A stretch of DNA of 62,476 bases, filler included, from Candidatus Omnitrophota bacterium (lineage in GTDB: Bacteria > Omnitrophota > Gorgyraeia > Zapsychrales > Zapsychraceae): the NCBI GenBank assembly GCA_015233495.1. It is 3 parts of 3 records of this genome, joined end to end, with 100 filler letters (N's around TTAATTAATTAA, not from the genome) between each part and the next. Parts side by side here need not be neighbours in the genome. Positions count along the whole stretch, not along the records: positions 1 to 21,151 come from JADFXQ010000031.1; positions 21,252 to 42,127 come from JADFXQ010000032.1; 1 more part is not named here. The stretch is one strand, 5' to 3'. Every line of letters begins with the position of its first letter. The first letter of the stretch is position 1. Made by a program: the position numbers and the translations under genes. The notes under the pieces were generated by a model. The model saw only the letters and a program-made list of their open reading frames with translations. It made no database searches and was not told where the DNA came from. Shown here piece after piece: positions 20,717 through 30,773 of this stretch.

Positions 20717-20920
20717 AAATCGAGGCAGATCAACCATCATAAACCGAGCAACTACTTTTTAGACAGATTTTTAAAGGCAAAAAATGTGTTAAAAACGTGC
20801 TATACAGAAAGGCAAAATATGATAATAGGTATCATTCTGTAACAATGGGATTTTTGAATAACTCGTCGGCAGTAAACCTATTTGCATCAATGACGAGATT
20901 ATGATTTGTGGGATTTAGTC

Positions 20921-20959
20921 TCCGTAGACAGATGCTCTATCCAATTGCGCTACGGGCGC
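20921..20959 (-). pseudogene. 5' half of tRNA-Arg(ACG), truncated after the anticodon loop
   Basis: Minus strand reads GCGCCCGTAGCGCAATTGGATAGAGCATCTGTCTACGGA; no 3' anticodon stem or T-arm follows. Confidence 0.8.
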
Positions 20960-21025
20960 GAAAATGTTTTCATTATTATACACAGAAGAATACCATTTTC
21001 CTAAATTTTCTTGCGGTGTCAATAC

Positions 21026-21151
21026 CCCTAACTCCGAATTAGAACCGGCATAATAGATTTTCAGGGGAATTTTTTTGTTTTTTGCCTTGGTTACCCCACC
21101 GATTTTTCTGTTACAGACTCAATTCGGCTTGATTGGGCGAAAAGCCCTTCT
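21026..21151 (-). mobile_element. Second copy (end) of the IS1380-like element, cut by the contig end
   Basis: Identical to 18259-18384 including the TIR. Confidence 0.8.
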
Positions 21152-21251
21152 NNNNNNNNNNNNNNNNNNNNNNNNNNNNNNNNNNNNNNNNNNNNTTAAT
21201 TAATTAANNNNNNNNNNNNNNNNNNNNNNNNNNNNNNNNNNNNNNNNNNNN
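21152..21251. other. Artificial contig linker
   Basis: N44-TTAATTAATTAA-N44 (six-frame stop spacer). Confidence 0.95.
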
Positions 21252-21252
21252 T

Positions 21253-23706
21253 CAAGGTTTCGTTTATGAAGGGAATGAGGTATATATTCTAAAGCCATCG
21301 GATCAAGATGGTCGAGAAGATAGGCCGGAAAAAATGCTTTTATCTGATGCGGTTGACACTCTTGTGAAAGATTTTATAAAGCCTCCAAAAAGAGTAGTAG
21401 ATCCCAATACAAATGCCCGTTGGCCGCAGGGATTAAAAGCCGGCCGGATCCTTACGGATTCAGATTATCAACGATTGGGATCGTTTCAGGAAGAATTTTT
21501 GACCGAGCCGTCTTTCGCGGCAATATCTCTAAAAACTTATAACCGATTTACCTTTTCGGTTGACTATGATATTGTCACGGTCTATGTTGAGTTAAAAAGC
21601 GGTGAGCCATTCGAAATCGTACTTGATAAGGACAAAACCAAGGCGAGGCAAATTTTATTTGATCCGGCTTTTCAAGCGGCGATAAACTCAACAGAATTTC
21701 AGGAATATGAGCGCAGTAAACCATATCTGATTCCGTTATTGCTTGCTGATATTATTAAAAAAATCGCTTGGGAAATCGATGCCGCGGATACGGCAAAGAA
21801 GCGCGCGATCAAGGTCGCGAAAGAGATCGTAGAGTCAAGACAAACTGTCCAACCGGGTCGGGTGGGTAGATGGATATTAGCGGGAAGTGAAACGAAACAA
21901 ATCGCTAGGGGAAATGGTATTGCGGAGTTCATTCAACGCCGAGATGCGAAGCGCTATTATAATGAGGATAAGATTACTTCTTTGGCGGTTCCGGAGGATT
22001 ATATAGATACTCCCAAAGGACAATTTTTGAACCTTGTAGATGACTTGAACAGACAAAAATTATTTTTTGATTTGGAGGACAATGATCGGGCTCGTCTTTT
22101 CCAGGTTGAAATTCATCAGCCGTGGACTCGCAGCAATCCTCTTCGGAGAGAAACATTGTATATCTTGACCTTTGACGATCAACCGCCAGCCAGTTCGCCG
22201 GCGGTGAGTCAGGAGTTTCAGCCGGATAAAGCCCATAAGGGAATTGTGGCCAGCAGTCCGGCCGAATTGTCCGAGGAAGATGTCAGGGTGTTAAGTGATG
22301 ACGGTTATATGATGATCTTCATTGGGAAGTTTTTTATTAAATTCAATATAGCTGAGGCGCGAACAAACGTACATGAAATGATGCGTGTTGCAAAAGAGTT
22401 AGAGGGGATAAGTGGATTAGTCACGGCATTCAAAGAGGACACTCATCTCGATGACAATACCGGACGTTTGGTAACTACGTATTCCTTAGAGATTTATACC
22501 GGGCCGGAAAACACGCAACCGGTGGTTTTTTCATTGACGGACACAGTGGATCTTCGTTTGTTGGAGAAGACGATTGAATACGCGATGATGAGAGCCGCGA
22601 TAAGGACACGAATCGCGAATTCTGCGTTAGGGGGGGATGAGGCTGTTGAATTCGCTTCCGAATTTTACTCGTATCTGAAGGACCAACTCAAGGGACCGGC
22701 TTTAAATCGTTTTTCCGCCGGGGTATTGTCAGACGCGGCCCGATACTACGCGGATTTCCAGCGGGATTCCAAAACTGAGGGCTCAGATTTTGTCAGAAAT
22801 TTCCTTAATTTTATCTGCCCCGCCTTGAATATCGCAATCTCCGGAAGTGACATTACAGTCGAATTAAACGGGAATCGAGTTTTGTTGAAAGATGTCATTG
22901 AGGAAATAGCTAAAAAAATCATTGAGCATAAAATGCCGACAGTATCCGAAAGGATGAACTCGCAACCCGCGGCCTCGCCAGTAACAAAATTATCGCCGGG
23001 GAATCAGTCGTCAACTCCCGCTTCGGTGGCGCGGTATGATACTGAAGTTATTCATTTGTCGGGTGTTTTTTCTCCAGGTATAGCATTGAAGTATTATCAG
23101 GGAGGGAAAAGTTACCAGGCGCAAATGAAGCCTATTCAAGGCCATGATGCTGATACAGGAACAGCATTTCGTTTTTTCCCGGATGGCTCGGTTAGAATGA
23201 CCAATGCCTATATGACCAATTTAGAGGATACAAGAGATCAGAGTTTGGGTGATATCGTCGATATATCCGAGTATTTTTTGAATCTGGCGGATCAGCCCTT
23301 CTTGACGGTTGTTCAACGAAATGGCCTAAGACATACCGTTCGAATAACACCAGCGACACAGGTAGTGTTTGAACCCGGGAATATTAAGTTGAAAAATGGG
23401 TACGACGCAGGGGGAAATAAATACGATATTGAACAAGTCGATACGTTGACCAGAACCAGCTCCCCGGTCGGCGGCGTGGCTTGGAAAGGCGTGGATCGAG
23501 GGTTGGAGGTGTCGCGGGATTTCGTGGCGGGCGCTAAGGTGTCCTCGCCGGTGATTCAGTTTGATCCGGCGATGATCAGGCAGTTTCAAAACGGGAATTT
23601 TACCGGCGCGAGTCCGGTGATTTTGCAGATCGTGCCGATCGCGAATCCGATCTTGCTTTTGGGATTTGAGAGAGATCCGGCGGATCTGCGAAAGGAAAAA
23701 GTGTAG
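21253..23706 (+). CDS. C-terminal part of a large/giant protein with ASSP linkers (5'-truncated)
   Basis: Frame is open to the contig edge. Recurrent ASSP/AASP/TSSP motifs; C-terminal GGVAW...FDPAMI...FTG.SPVILQIVPIANPILLLG. Confidence 0.75.
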   Translation, partial: QGFVYEGNEVYILKPSDQDGREDRPEKMLLSDAVDTLVKDFIKPPKRVVDPNTNARWPQGLKAGRILTDSDYQRLGSFQEEFLTEPSFAAISLKTYNRFTFSVDYDIVTVYVELKSGEPFEIVLDKDKTKARQILFDPAFQAAINSTEFQEYERSKPYLIPLLLADIIKKIAWEIDAADTAKKRAIKVAKEIVESRQTVQPGRVGRWILAGSETKQIARGNGIAEFIQRRDAKRYYNEDKITSLAVPEDYIDTPKGQFLNLVDDLNRQKLFFDLEDNDRARLFQVEIHQPWTRSNPLRRETLYILTFDDQPPASSPAVSQEFQPDKAHKGIVASSPAELSEEDVRVLSDDGYMMIFIGKFFIKFNIAEARTNVHEMMRVAKELEGISGLVTAFKEDTHLDDNTGRLVTTYSLEIYTGPENTQPVVFSLTDTVDLRLLEKTIEYAMMRAAIRTRIANSALGGDEAVEFASEFYSYLKDQLKGPALNRFSAGVLSDAARYYADFQRDSKTEGSDFVRNFLNFICPALNIAISGSDITVELNGNRVLLKDVIEEIAKKIIEHKMPTVSERMNSQPAASPVTKLSPGNQSSTPASVARYDTEVIHLSGVFSPGIALKYYQGGKSYQAQMKPIQGHDADTGTAFRFFPDGSVRMTNAYMTNLEDTRDQSLGDIVDISEYFLNLADQPFLTVVQRNGLRHTVRITPATQVVFEPGNIKLKNGYDAGGNKYDIEQVDTLTRTSSPVGGVAWKGVDRGLEVSRDFVAGAKVSSPVIQFDPAMIRQFQNGNFTGASPVILQIVPIANPILLLGFERDPADLRKEKV

Positions 23707-23777
23707 GGGCGACCCTCGTGGGCGCCCGTTGTTCTGGCGCGACCGTTTAACGGGCGCCCACGAGGGGCGCCCCTACA
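23702..23777. repeat. REP doublet (REPIN-like), GTAG type
   Basis: TGTAGGGGCGACCCTCGTGGGCGCCCGTT ... AACGGGCGCCCACGAGGGGCGCCCCTACA. Confidence 0.85.
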
Positions 23778-23853
23778 GTTGCCTGTTAACCTTTCGCGGA
23801 TTTGCGACGGTCGACCGGGCATTGTCAATGGACGTTTTGTTTAACAATGCGAT

Positions 23854-23907
23854 AAAAGGGGGCGGGCGGTTTTTTTTCTGCAAGAAAAAAGCCGCCTGCC
23901 CCCTTTT
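23854..23907. terminator. Long GC-rich hairpin flanked by A/T runs (possible bidirectional terminator)
   Basis: AAAAGGGGGCGGGCGGTTTT...AAAAGCCGCCTGCCCCCTTTT. Confidence 0.55.
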
Positions 23908-23952
23908 TTGTGGTATTTTAGAAAAATGTTTCTGCCTTTAAAAAATGCAGCT

Positions 23953-24708
23953 ATGGAGAAATTGCCGACGCCGCGCGGGGAGATTGCCTATGTTCTGACC
24001 CGTTCCCGGGGACGGCGGCGGATATCGATTACGGTCACGCATGACGGCCGGGTGCAGGTGTCCGCGCCTTTTTCTACCGCGGAAAAAGATATTCAGAATT
24101 TTTTGGTTCAAAAGACGCGTTGGATCGAAAAGTATGTGGCCCGCGGCCGGGAGCAAAAAAAAATTGCCGACGAGCAAAAATTCAAGGACGGCGGAGAGTT
24201 CCTGTTTCAGGGCCAATTTTACCCTTTAAAGATTGTCCCTGCGGAAAACAGCCGCATTCGAAAGATTGACTTCAACGGCGAAAAATGGACCGTGGAAGTC
24301 CCAACGGCCTTGGCGGGCGCGGGCCGGGAAGCGTTTATTCATGACCGGTTGATTGAGTGGTATCGCCGCCAGGCGGAGGAAATATTAGGCGGCATTGTAT
24401 TTCAGTATAGCCGCGTCTTAAACGTCAAACCGGAAAAGATCACGGTGCGCACTCAAAAGCGGTTGTGGGGTAGTTGTAATTTTCAGAAAAAAGCGATCAA
24501 TCTGAATTGGAAAATCATTTTAACGCCGCCGGAAGTCCGGGATTATGTGGTCATCCATGAATTGTGTCATTTGATTCATCACAATCATTCCGCCGTGTTT
24601 TGGAATAAAGTCGCGGAATTTGTGCCGAATTTTAAAGCGCGGCGAAAGTGGTTGAAAGATAATCATGGGTATTTGACGCTGGAAAATCCGGGGATTGCCG
24701 GAAATTAA
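23953..24708 (+). CDS. YgjP/DUF45-like zinc metallo-hydrolase
   Basis: KRLWGSC, LNWK, DYVVIHELCHL and NHS..FW motifs. Confidence 0.9.
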   Translation: MEKLPTPRGEIAYVLTRSRGRRRISITVTHDGRVQVSAPFSTAEKDIQNFLVQKTRWIEKYVARGREQKKIADEQKFKDGGEFLFQGQFYPLKIVPAENSRIRKIDFNGEKWTVEVPTALAGAGREAFIHDRLIEWYRRQAEEILGGIVFQYSRVLNVKPEKITVRTQKRLWGSCNFQKKAINLNWKIILTPPEVRDYVVIHELCHLIHHNHSAVFWNKVAEFVPNFKARRKWLKDNHGYLTLENPGIAGN

Positions 24709-24768
24709 TTGGATATCGTTTTCGCGGCAGGAAATTTTCCGGCATTCGCCGGATTTGAGGAGGTTTGT

Positions 24769-24987
24769 GTGATAATCGATGTCAAGGTCATTCCGGGCAG
24801 CCGCAAAAATGCCTTTGTAGAAGAAGCGGGAATGTATAAAATTCATTTAACCGCGCCAGCGGTTGACGGCAAGGCGAATGCTGCCTTGATCGCTTTTGTA
24901 GCGGAGCATTGGGCCGCGCGGAAAAGTCACATTAAAATTATAAAAGGATTGAAATCTCGGTTTAAAACGATTATGATATCAGATTAA
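24769..24987 (+). CDS. DUF167 (YggU) protein
   Basis: VKVIPGS, APAVDGKAN, GLKSRFK; GGAGG RBS before a GTG start. Confidence 0.88.
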   Translation: MIIDVKVIPGSRKNAFVEEAGMYKIHLTAPAVDGKANAALIAFVAEHWAARKSHIKIIKGLKSRFKTIMISD

Positions 24988-25008
24988 AAATCAGAGTAAA
25001 CGAGGTGC

Positions 25009-25467
25009 ATGATGCTGGAAGAGAAAATCAAAACCGATTATGTTACGGCGCTCAAGGCGAAAGAGACTCTAAAATCGTCGGCGTTAAGCTTTCTGCGTTC
25101 GCAACTCAAATACGTGATGATTGAAAAACGGGTGGAAAAATTGGAAGATCCGGATGTAATCACGGTGATCAAAAAACAAATTAAGCAAAGACAAGAATCG
25201 ATCGAACAATTCAAACAGGGCGGCCGCCAGGATTTGGCAGACAAAGAACAAGGCGAGCTTCAGGTTTTGAAAAGCTATTTACCTGAAGAGCTTTCGGTAG
25301 AACGAGTGCAGGCTTTAGTCGCGGAAGCGATCCGGGAAACCGGCGCGGTCACGATGAAAGATATGGGCGCTTTAATGAAGATCATTGCCGCGAAAACCGG
25401 CGGCCGGGCGGATAATAAAATGATCAGTGAGTTGGTAAAACAGAGCCTATCGGGAGGCAAGGTTTGA
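25009..25467 (+). CDS. GatB/YqeY domain protein
   Basis: KQRQESIEQF..GGR.DLA..E, YLP..LS, KDMG.LM, GRAD. Confidence 0.92.
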   Translation: MMLEEKIKTDYVTALKAKETLKSSALSFLRSQLKYVMIEKRVEKLEDPDVITVIKKQIKQRQESIEQFKQGGRQDLADKEQGELQVLKSYLPEELSVERVQALVAEAIRETGAVTMKDMGALMKIIAAKTGGRADNKMISELVKQSLSGGKV

Positions 25468-26252
25468 TGAAGCTTGCATGGACCCAAAGATTTATTTTAG
25501 GTCTGGCGGTTTGCGTTGCGGCGCTGAGCGCTCTCTATGGTTCTTTACGGGATAAAAACGTGATCCCGATCATGATGTATCATCATGTTCAACCTTTGGG
25601 ACACCATGAAGCGAATTGGGTAAACCCGGAAAATTTTGAGAAGCAAATGGCGTTCATTCAGCGGGAAGGATATCAAGTCCTTACTTTATCCGACATGGTG
25701 GCGCGGATAACCTCCGGAAAACCTTTGCCGCGCCGGGTTGTGGTGATTACTTTGGATGACGGGTATGAAGATAATTATACTAATGCTTATCCGGTGCTGC
25801 GGAAATACGGGTTTCCCGCGGTGATTTTTGTGCCGTCGAGGTTTGTGGATCAGCCGGGATATTTGACGGCGCCGCAATTGCGCGCGATGACCCAATCGGG
25901 GTTGATTGAAATCGGCAGTCACACTTTAACGCATCAATTTTTGCCGTCAATTTCTCCGCAACAACAGTGGGAGCAGATCAGCCGCAGCCGTCAGGAATTG
26001 AGCCGTTTATTAGGGAAAGACGTCCGATTTTTTTGTTATCCGATCGGCGGTTATTCGGAAGAGATCGTGGAGCTGGTGAAAAAGGCGGGATACGCCGCGG
26101 CGTTCACGACGAACCGGGGGAAGGACCGCTTCAATCGCAATATTTATGAATTACAAAGGATCCGGTTTAACAATCATGACTCCAGTTTTTCGATGTGGAT
26201 AAAACTGGGCGGCTATTACAATTTATTACGCAAAACGAAAAATCCCAATTAG
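25464..26252 (+). CDS. Polysaccharide deacetylase (CE4)
   Basis: IMMYHHV, ITLDDGY, IGSHTLTH, FCYPIG. Confidence 0.9.
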   Translation: MMKLAWTQRFILGLAVCVAALSALYGSLRDKNVIPIMMYHHVQPLGHHEANWVNPENFEKQMAFIQREGYQVLTLSDMVARITSGKPLPRRVVVITLDDGYEDNYTNAYPVLRKYGFPAVIFVPSRFVDQPGYLTAPQLRAMTQSGLIEIGSHTLTHQFLPSISPQQQWEQISRSRQELSRLLGKDVRFFCYPIGGYSEEIVELVKKAGYAAAFTTNRGKDRFNRNIYELQRIRFNNHDSSFSMWIKLGGYYNLLRKTKNPN

Positions 26253-26290
26253 GAGACCAAAGCAAACCCGGGTTTTGCTGCGGTTATTTT

Positions 26291-29200
26291 ATGCCCGTTA
26301 ACGTAAAATATCAGCTTGACGACCAAGGCCGTTTTGTTATTGAGGATTATAACCGCAGCAAGTGTTTCAGCAATTTTTTTCCCGGCATTGCCGGCATTTG
26401 GGGCATCCCGATGTGGGCGTTTTACGTGAACCGCGGCCAGGCGATCGCCAGCTTTGGCATTGAGTCGAAAGACAAGGCCATTCTCGAATTTCAGCCGGCC
26501 AACCGGGCGTATCGGCAAACTTCTCTTCAGGGATTTCGGACTTTCTTAAAAATTAAAGACGGCGATAAAAATTATTATTGGGAACCTTTTCAAAACGGTT
26601 TAAAAGGCACCGAATTTCAGCGGCAGCAAACCATGCTGATTTCGCCGCATGATTTGACCTTGCGGGAAGTGAACGTTGATTTGGGGATCACGGTGGAGGT
26701 AAATTATTTCACTATACCCGAAGAATCCTATTCCGGATTGGTCCGGCAAGTGGTGTTGCGCAATCACAGCAAAAAAAATTATGAAATCGAAATAGTGGAT
26801 GGTTTGCCGGTGATTGTGCCGTATGGTTTGTCGGATTGGTTAGGCAAACATTTATCGCGCACCCTGGAAGCGTGGACCAAGGTGACAAACGTGGATCAAG
26901 GCGCGCCCTATTACCGATTGGCCGTCGAGGTTTCGGACACTTCCGTGGTTAAACATATTGAAGAAGGTAATTTCTTTTTTAGTTTTGACGCGGCGGACGG
27001 AAAGCTGTTGACCCCGGTCGTGGAGTCGGCATTGGTGTTTGGTGCGATCTGCGATTTTTCACTGCCAAGCGAGTTTTTGGAAAAAGGGATTGACCCAGAG
27101 CATAAACAGCATACCGCCAATCGAACTCCTTCGGCCATGGCCTATGGCCGCTGGAAACTTCCCGCGGCAGGATCGCGGACTTTATTTTCTATATATGGCA
27201 ACGGGGCCCAGGAATCCGCGGTGAATCAAGTCGCGAAGCAAGTCCGGCAGAAAAATTTTATCTCTGAAAAATCCGGCCGCAACGCCGCCTTGATCGCCGG
27301 CATCCGGGATTACGCTTTGACGCATAGCGCGTCGCGGGAGTTTAATCTCTACGCGGGATGCACGTTTTTGGATAATATTATGCGCGGCGGTTTGCCGATT
27401 TCGGTTAAAACCAATGAGGGGAATGTCTCGTTTAATGTTTTTAGCCGCAAGCACGGCGACCTGGAGCGGGATTATAATTTTTTTACGGTTGCCCCGACAT
27501 ATTATTCCCAGGGCAACGGGAATTATCGCGACGTAAATCAAAACCGGCGGCAAGATGTTTGGTTTAATACCGACTGCCAGGACAGTCATTTAGTCAATTT
27601 TTTGAATTTGGTTCAGGCCGACGGCTACAATCCGCTGGTGGTCAAGGGGACCGCGTTCGTCTGCGGCGAACCCACGCAAGTGAAAGATTTGTTAAACGCG
27701 ACGGTCGCGGCTGCGGACCAAGCGCGGGTGCAAACATTTTTAGAAAACGCTTTTACCCCCGGCGGACTGTATCAGTTTCTCGATAAAAACCAGATTCAAC
27801 TCCAGGTCAATGCCAAAGAATTTTTCAGCCGGGTCATCGCCATAGGGTCGAAACAAGAATCCGCTGATCACGGGGAAGGGTTTTGGGTTGATCATTGGGC
27901 GTATAATCTGGATTTGATTGAAAGCTATTTAAGCCTTTATCCGGAAAATCTGCAGTCTTTGGTTTTTGAACGCAAACCGTTTTCTTTTTATCATAACACG
28001 CATTATGTTTTACCGCGCGATCAGCGTTATGTGCTTACTGAACGCGGGGTGCGCCAGTATTCCTCAGTGTGCAACGGCGCGAAAGAGATCAAACCGCAAG
28101 GACCCGACTTTCGGTTGCGCGTCAAGAACGGACATGGCCCGGCTTATCAAACGCATCTTTTTGCTAAATTGCTGTGTTTGATCGCCAACAAAATCGCCTC
28201 GCTTGATCCGGACGGGATCGGCGTGGAAATGGAGGCGGATAAACCCAGCTGGTATGACGCCTTAAACGGTTTGCCGGGATTGCTCGGTTCATCGATTTGT
28301 GAAACGATCGAAATCAAACGGTTTGCCTTGTTTTGTTTGCAGGCTTTGCGGCAAACGGCGTTCACGGATTCGCAAAAAATTTCTCTGTTTGAAGAATTGG
28401 CCGCGTTTATTTTCGGCCTTAACCATTTGTTGGCTTGGGAAAATGATCCGTTGACCTATTGGTCTAAATCCAATGACATCAAAGAACAATATCGTTTGCG
28501 GGTCCGCGAAGGCATCAGCGGCATTGAAACCGAGCTTACCGTAGGCGAGATTCAGAATTTTTTAAAAGGCGTAATCGATCGCGTTGACAAAGCTTTAGCC
28601 GCGGCGAAAACTTCGGCGGGATTTTTGCCGACTTATTTTTATTATGAGGTAACCGAGCATCAGGTTTTGGAGAACGGCGGTTCCGGGAAGCAGCCGTTTG
28701 TCCGTCCGGTAAAATTCCTACGCCGGGAACTGCCATTATTTTTAGAAGGATATGTGCACGCTTTGCGCGTTGAGCCGGATCCGGAGCGGGCAAAAGCGCT
28801 TTATACACAGATCCGTCAGAGCCCGCTTTTTGATGAAAAATTGAAAATGTATAAAGTCAACGCCGACATTTCGAGTCAATCCGAGGATATCGGCCGCGCC
28901 CGGGTATTTCCGCGCGGCTGGTTGGAAAACGAATCAATTTGGCTGCATATGGAATATAAATTGATGCTGGAGCTGTTGCGCGGCGGGCTGGTGGAAGAAT
29001 TTTACGCGAATTTTAAAAATGTGTTTATCCCGTTTTTGGACGCCCGGCGTTATGGCCGCAGCATTTTGGAAAACTCTTCGTTCTTGGTGAGCAGCGCGCA
29101 TTCGGATGAACGTTTGCATGGCCAAGGATTTGTGGCGCGGCTTTCCGGCAGCACCGCGGAATTTTTGCATATTTGGCTGTTGATGAATTTAGGCCGAAAA

Positions 29201-29557
29201 CCTTTCGCGCTGGATGAAAAAAAGCGGCTGACTTTGCGGTTTAAACCGTTGTTACTCGCCGAGATGTTTGCGATAGATAAAGCAAACCTGATGATTACGG
29301 ATTTAGAAGGCAAGTCGCGAAATGTCGAGTTGCCTAAAAATACTTACGCGTTTAATCTGTTTGGCAGCACGTTGGTTGTGTATCACAATCCGCTTCGCAA
29401 AAACACTTTCGGTGCCAACGCGGCTGAAGTTAAAGAAATTGTTTTAACTTACGCGGACCGACGCCAGGAAACCATTACCGCTGCGTTTTTGACCGCCTCC
29501 CACGCCGTCGATGTCCGCGATCACAAGATCAGGCGCATTGATGTTACATTAAAATAA
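26291..29557 (+). CDS. Glycoside phosphorylase, GH161-like (beta-1,3-glucan phosphorylase relative)
   Basis: WAFYVNRGQ, FSRKHGDLERDYN, QGNGNYRDVNQNRR, GFWVDHW, GWLENESIWLHMEYK, ARLSGST. Confidence 0.75.
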   Translation: MPVNVKYQLDDQGRFVIEDYNRSKCFSNFFPGIAGIWGIPMWAFYVNRGQAIASFGIESKDKAILEFQPANRAYRQTSLQGFRTFLKIKDGDKNYYWEPFQNGLKGTEFQRQQTMLISPHDLTLREVNVDLGITVEVNYFTIPEESYSGLVRQVVLRNHSKKNYEIEIVDGLPVIVPYGLSDWLGKHLSRTLEAWTKVTNVDQGAPYYRLAVEVSDTSVVKHIEEGNFFFSFDAADGKLLTPVVESALVFGAICDFSLPSEFLEKGIDPEHKQHTANRTPSAMAYGRWKLPAAGSRTLFSIYGNGAQESAVNQVAKQVRQKNFISEKSGRNAALIAGIRDYALTHSASREFNLYAGCTFLDNIMRGGLPISVKTNEGNVSFNVFSRKHGDLERDYNFFTVAPTYYSQGNGNYRDVNQNRRQDVWFNTDCQDSHLVNFLNLVQADGYNPLVVKGTAFVCGEPTQVKDLLNATVAAADQARVQTFLENAFTPGGLYQFLDKNQIQLQVNAKEFFSRVIAIGSKQESADHGEGFWVDHWAYNLDLIESYLSLYPENLQSLVFERKPFSFYHNTHYVLPRDQRYVLTERGVRQYSSVCNGAKEIKPQGPDFRLRVKNGHGPAYQTHLFAKLLCLIANKIASLDPDGIGVEMEADKPSWYDALNGLPGLLGSSICETIEIKRFALFCLQALRQTAFTDSQKISLFEELAAFIFGLNHLLAWENDPLTYWSKSNDIKEQYRLRVREGISGIETELTVGEIQNFLKGVIDRVDKALAAAKTSAGFLPTYFYYEVTEHQVLENGGSGKQPFVRPVKFLRRELPLFLEGYVHALRVEPDPERAKALYTQIRQSPLFDEKLKMYKVNADISSQSEDIGRARVFPRGWLENESIWLHMEYKLMLELLRGGLVEEFYANFKNVFIPFLDARRYGRSILENSSFLVSSAHSDERLHGQGFVARLSGSTAEFLHIWLLMNLGRKPFALDEKKRLTLRFKPLLLAEMFAIDKANLMITDLEGKSRNVELPKNTYAFNLFGSTLVVYHNPLRKNTFGANAAEVKEIVLTYADRRQETITAAFLTASHAVDVRDHKIRRIDVTLK

Positions 29558-29627
29558 ATGGCTTTTTACTCATTTAAAATTATCCTTGATTATAATTTTA
29601 TAACTCAAAAGTTAAGGAGATCGGACT

Positions 29628-30620
29628 ATGGCATTCGATATCGCCGCCATCAATGAGAAAGTGCGTAAAGAAAGCGGGTTTGTGGAAGCCTTGACTTTAG
29701 AAACGCAGAAAGTCATGGTCGGGCAAAAGAATTTAGTCGAGCGATTAGTTTTGGCCTTGTTAGCGAACGGGCACGTGCTTTTAGAGGGGGTGCCGGGATT
29801 GGCAAAAACCACGGCGGTAAAAACTCTGGCCGCGGCAATCCGCACAAAATTTCAGCGTATTCAGTTTACGCCGGATATGCTTCCCGCGGATTTGATCGGG
29901 ACTTTGATTTATGACCAGAAAACCGGGACGTTTAACGTCAAGCGCGGTCCAGTTTTCGCGAATCTGATTTTAGCGGATGAAATCAACCGCGCGCCGGCCA
30001 AGGTGCAAAGCGCCTTGCTGGAAGCGATGCAGGAGCGCCAGGTGACGATCGGCGGTGAAACAATGTTTTTGCCGGAACCGTTTTTGGTTTTAGCCACGCA
30101 GAATCCGATTGAACAAGAAGGGACGTATCCTTTGCCGGAAGCGCAAGTTGACCGTTTTATGCTGAAGGTAAAAATTGATTATCCTAATAAAGAGGAGGAA
30201 TTGCAGATCTTGCGGCGCATGGCGAAAACCAAAGCGGAGGTTGGTATTCAGCCGGTGATCAGTCCGGAGGATATTTTGCGGGCGCGGGCGGTGGTAGATG
30301 AGATTTATATGGATGAAAAAATCGAGAAATATATTGTCGATATTGTCGAAGCCACCCGTCATCCGGAGCGTTTTGGTATGAAAGACCTGGCGGCTTTGAT
30401 TCATTATGGTGCTTCGCCGCGCGCTACGATCAATCTGGCTTTGGCTGCCCGGGCGAGCGCGTTTATGCAAAGCCGGGGTTATGTGACTCCGCAGGATGTT
30501 AAATCTTTGGCTATGGATGTTTTACGGCATCGGGTGATTGTGACTTATGAGGCGGAGGCGGAGGAAAAGACATCTGAGGATGTGGTGAGGAAGATTTTGG
30601 AAGAAGTGCCGGTGCCGTAA
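29628..30620 (+). CDS. moxR: MoxR-family AAA ATPase
   Basis: [45 protein letters not shown]. Confidence 0.96.
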   Translation: MAFDIAAINEKVRKESGFVEALTLETQKVMVGQKNLVERLVLALLANGHVLLEGVPGLAKTTAVKTLAAAIRTKFQRIQFTPDMLPADLIGTLIYDQKTGTFNVKRGPVFANLILADEINRAPAKVQSALLEAMQERQVTIGGETMFLPEPFLVLATQNPIEQEGTYPLPEAQVDRFMLKVKIDYPNKEEELQILRRMAKTKAEVGIQPVISPEDILRARAVVDEIYMDEKIEKYIVDIVEATRHPERFGMKDLAALIHYGASPRATINLALAARASAFMQSRGYVTPQDVKSLAMDVLRHRVIVTYEAEAEEKTSEDVVRKILEEVPVP

Positions 30621-30672
30621 CACATGACGATTGCAATATTTCGATGCGTCTCGTCAGGTTGAAGGCGCGCGG

Positions 30673-30773
30673 GCTGTTGAGGAAATGGTTTTAGCTCAAC
30701 TCTCCGCCCTTTCCCTGAATAAAAGAAGAAGGAAAGGGCTGCGCGACTTCGCAAAAACCATTTCCTCAACAGC
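30673..30773. mobile_element. MITE-like palindromic element, ~100 bp
   Basis: Perfect 20-bp IR GCTGTTGAGGAAATGGTTTT / AAAACCATTTCCTCAACAGC with inner stem GCCCTTTCC/GGAAAGGGC. Confidence 0.55.

Noticed and set aside
20760..20920. Group I intron interrupting tRNA-Arg(ACG)
   Set aside because: No recognisable P7/catalytic core and no 3' exon found downstream in the contig.
21152..21251. TTAATTAATTAA palindrome within N runs (also at 42172-42183)
   Set aside because: Synthetic six-frame-stop contig linker; gene adjacency across it has no biological meaning.
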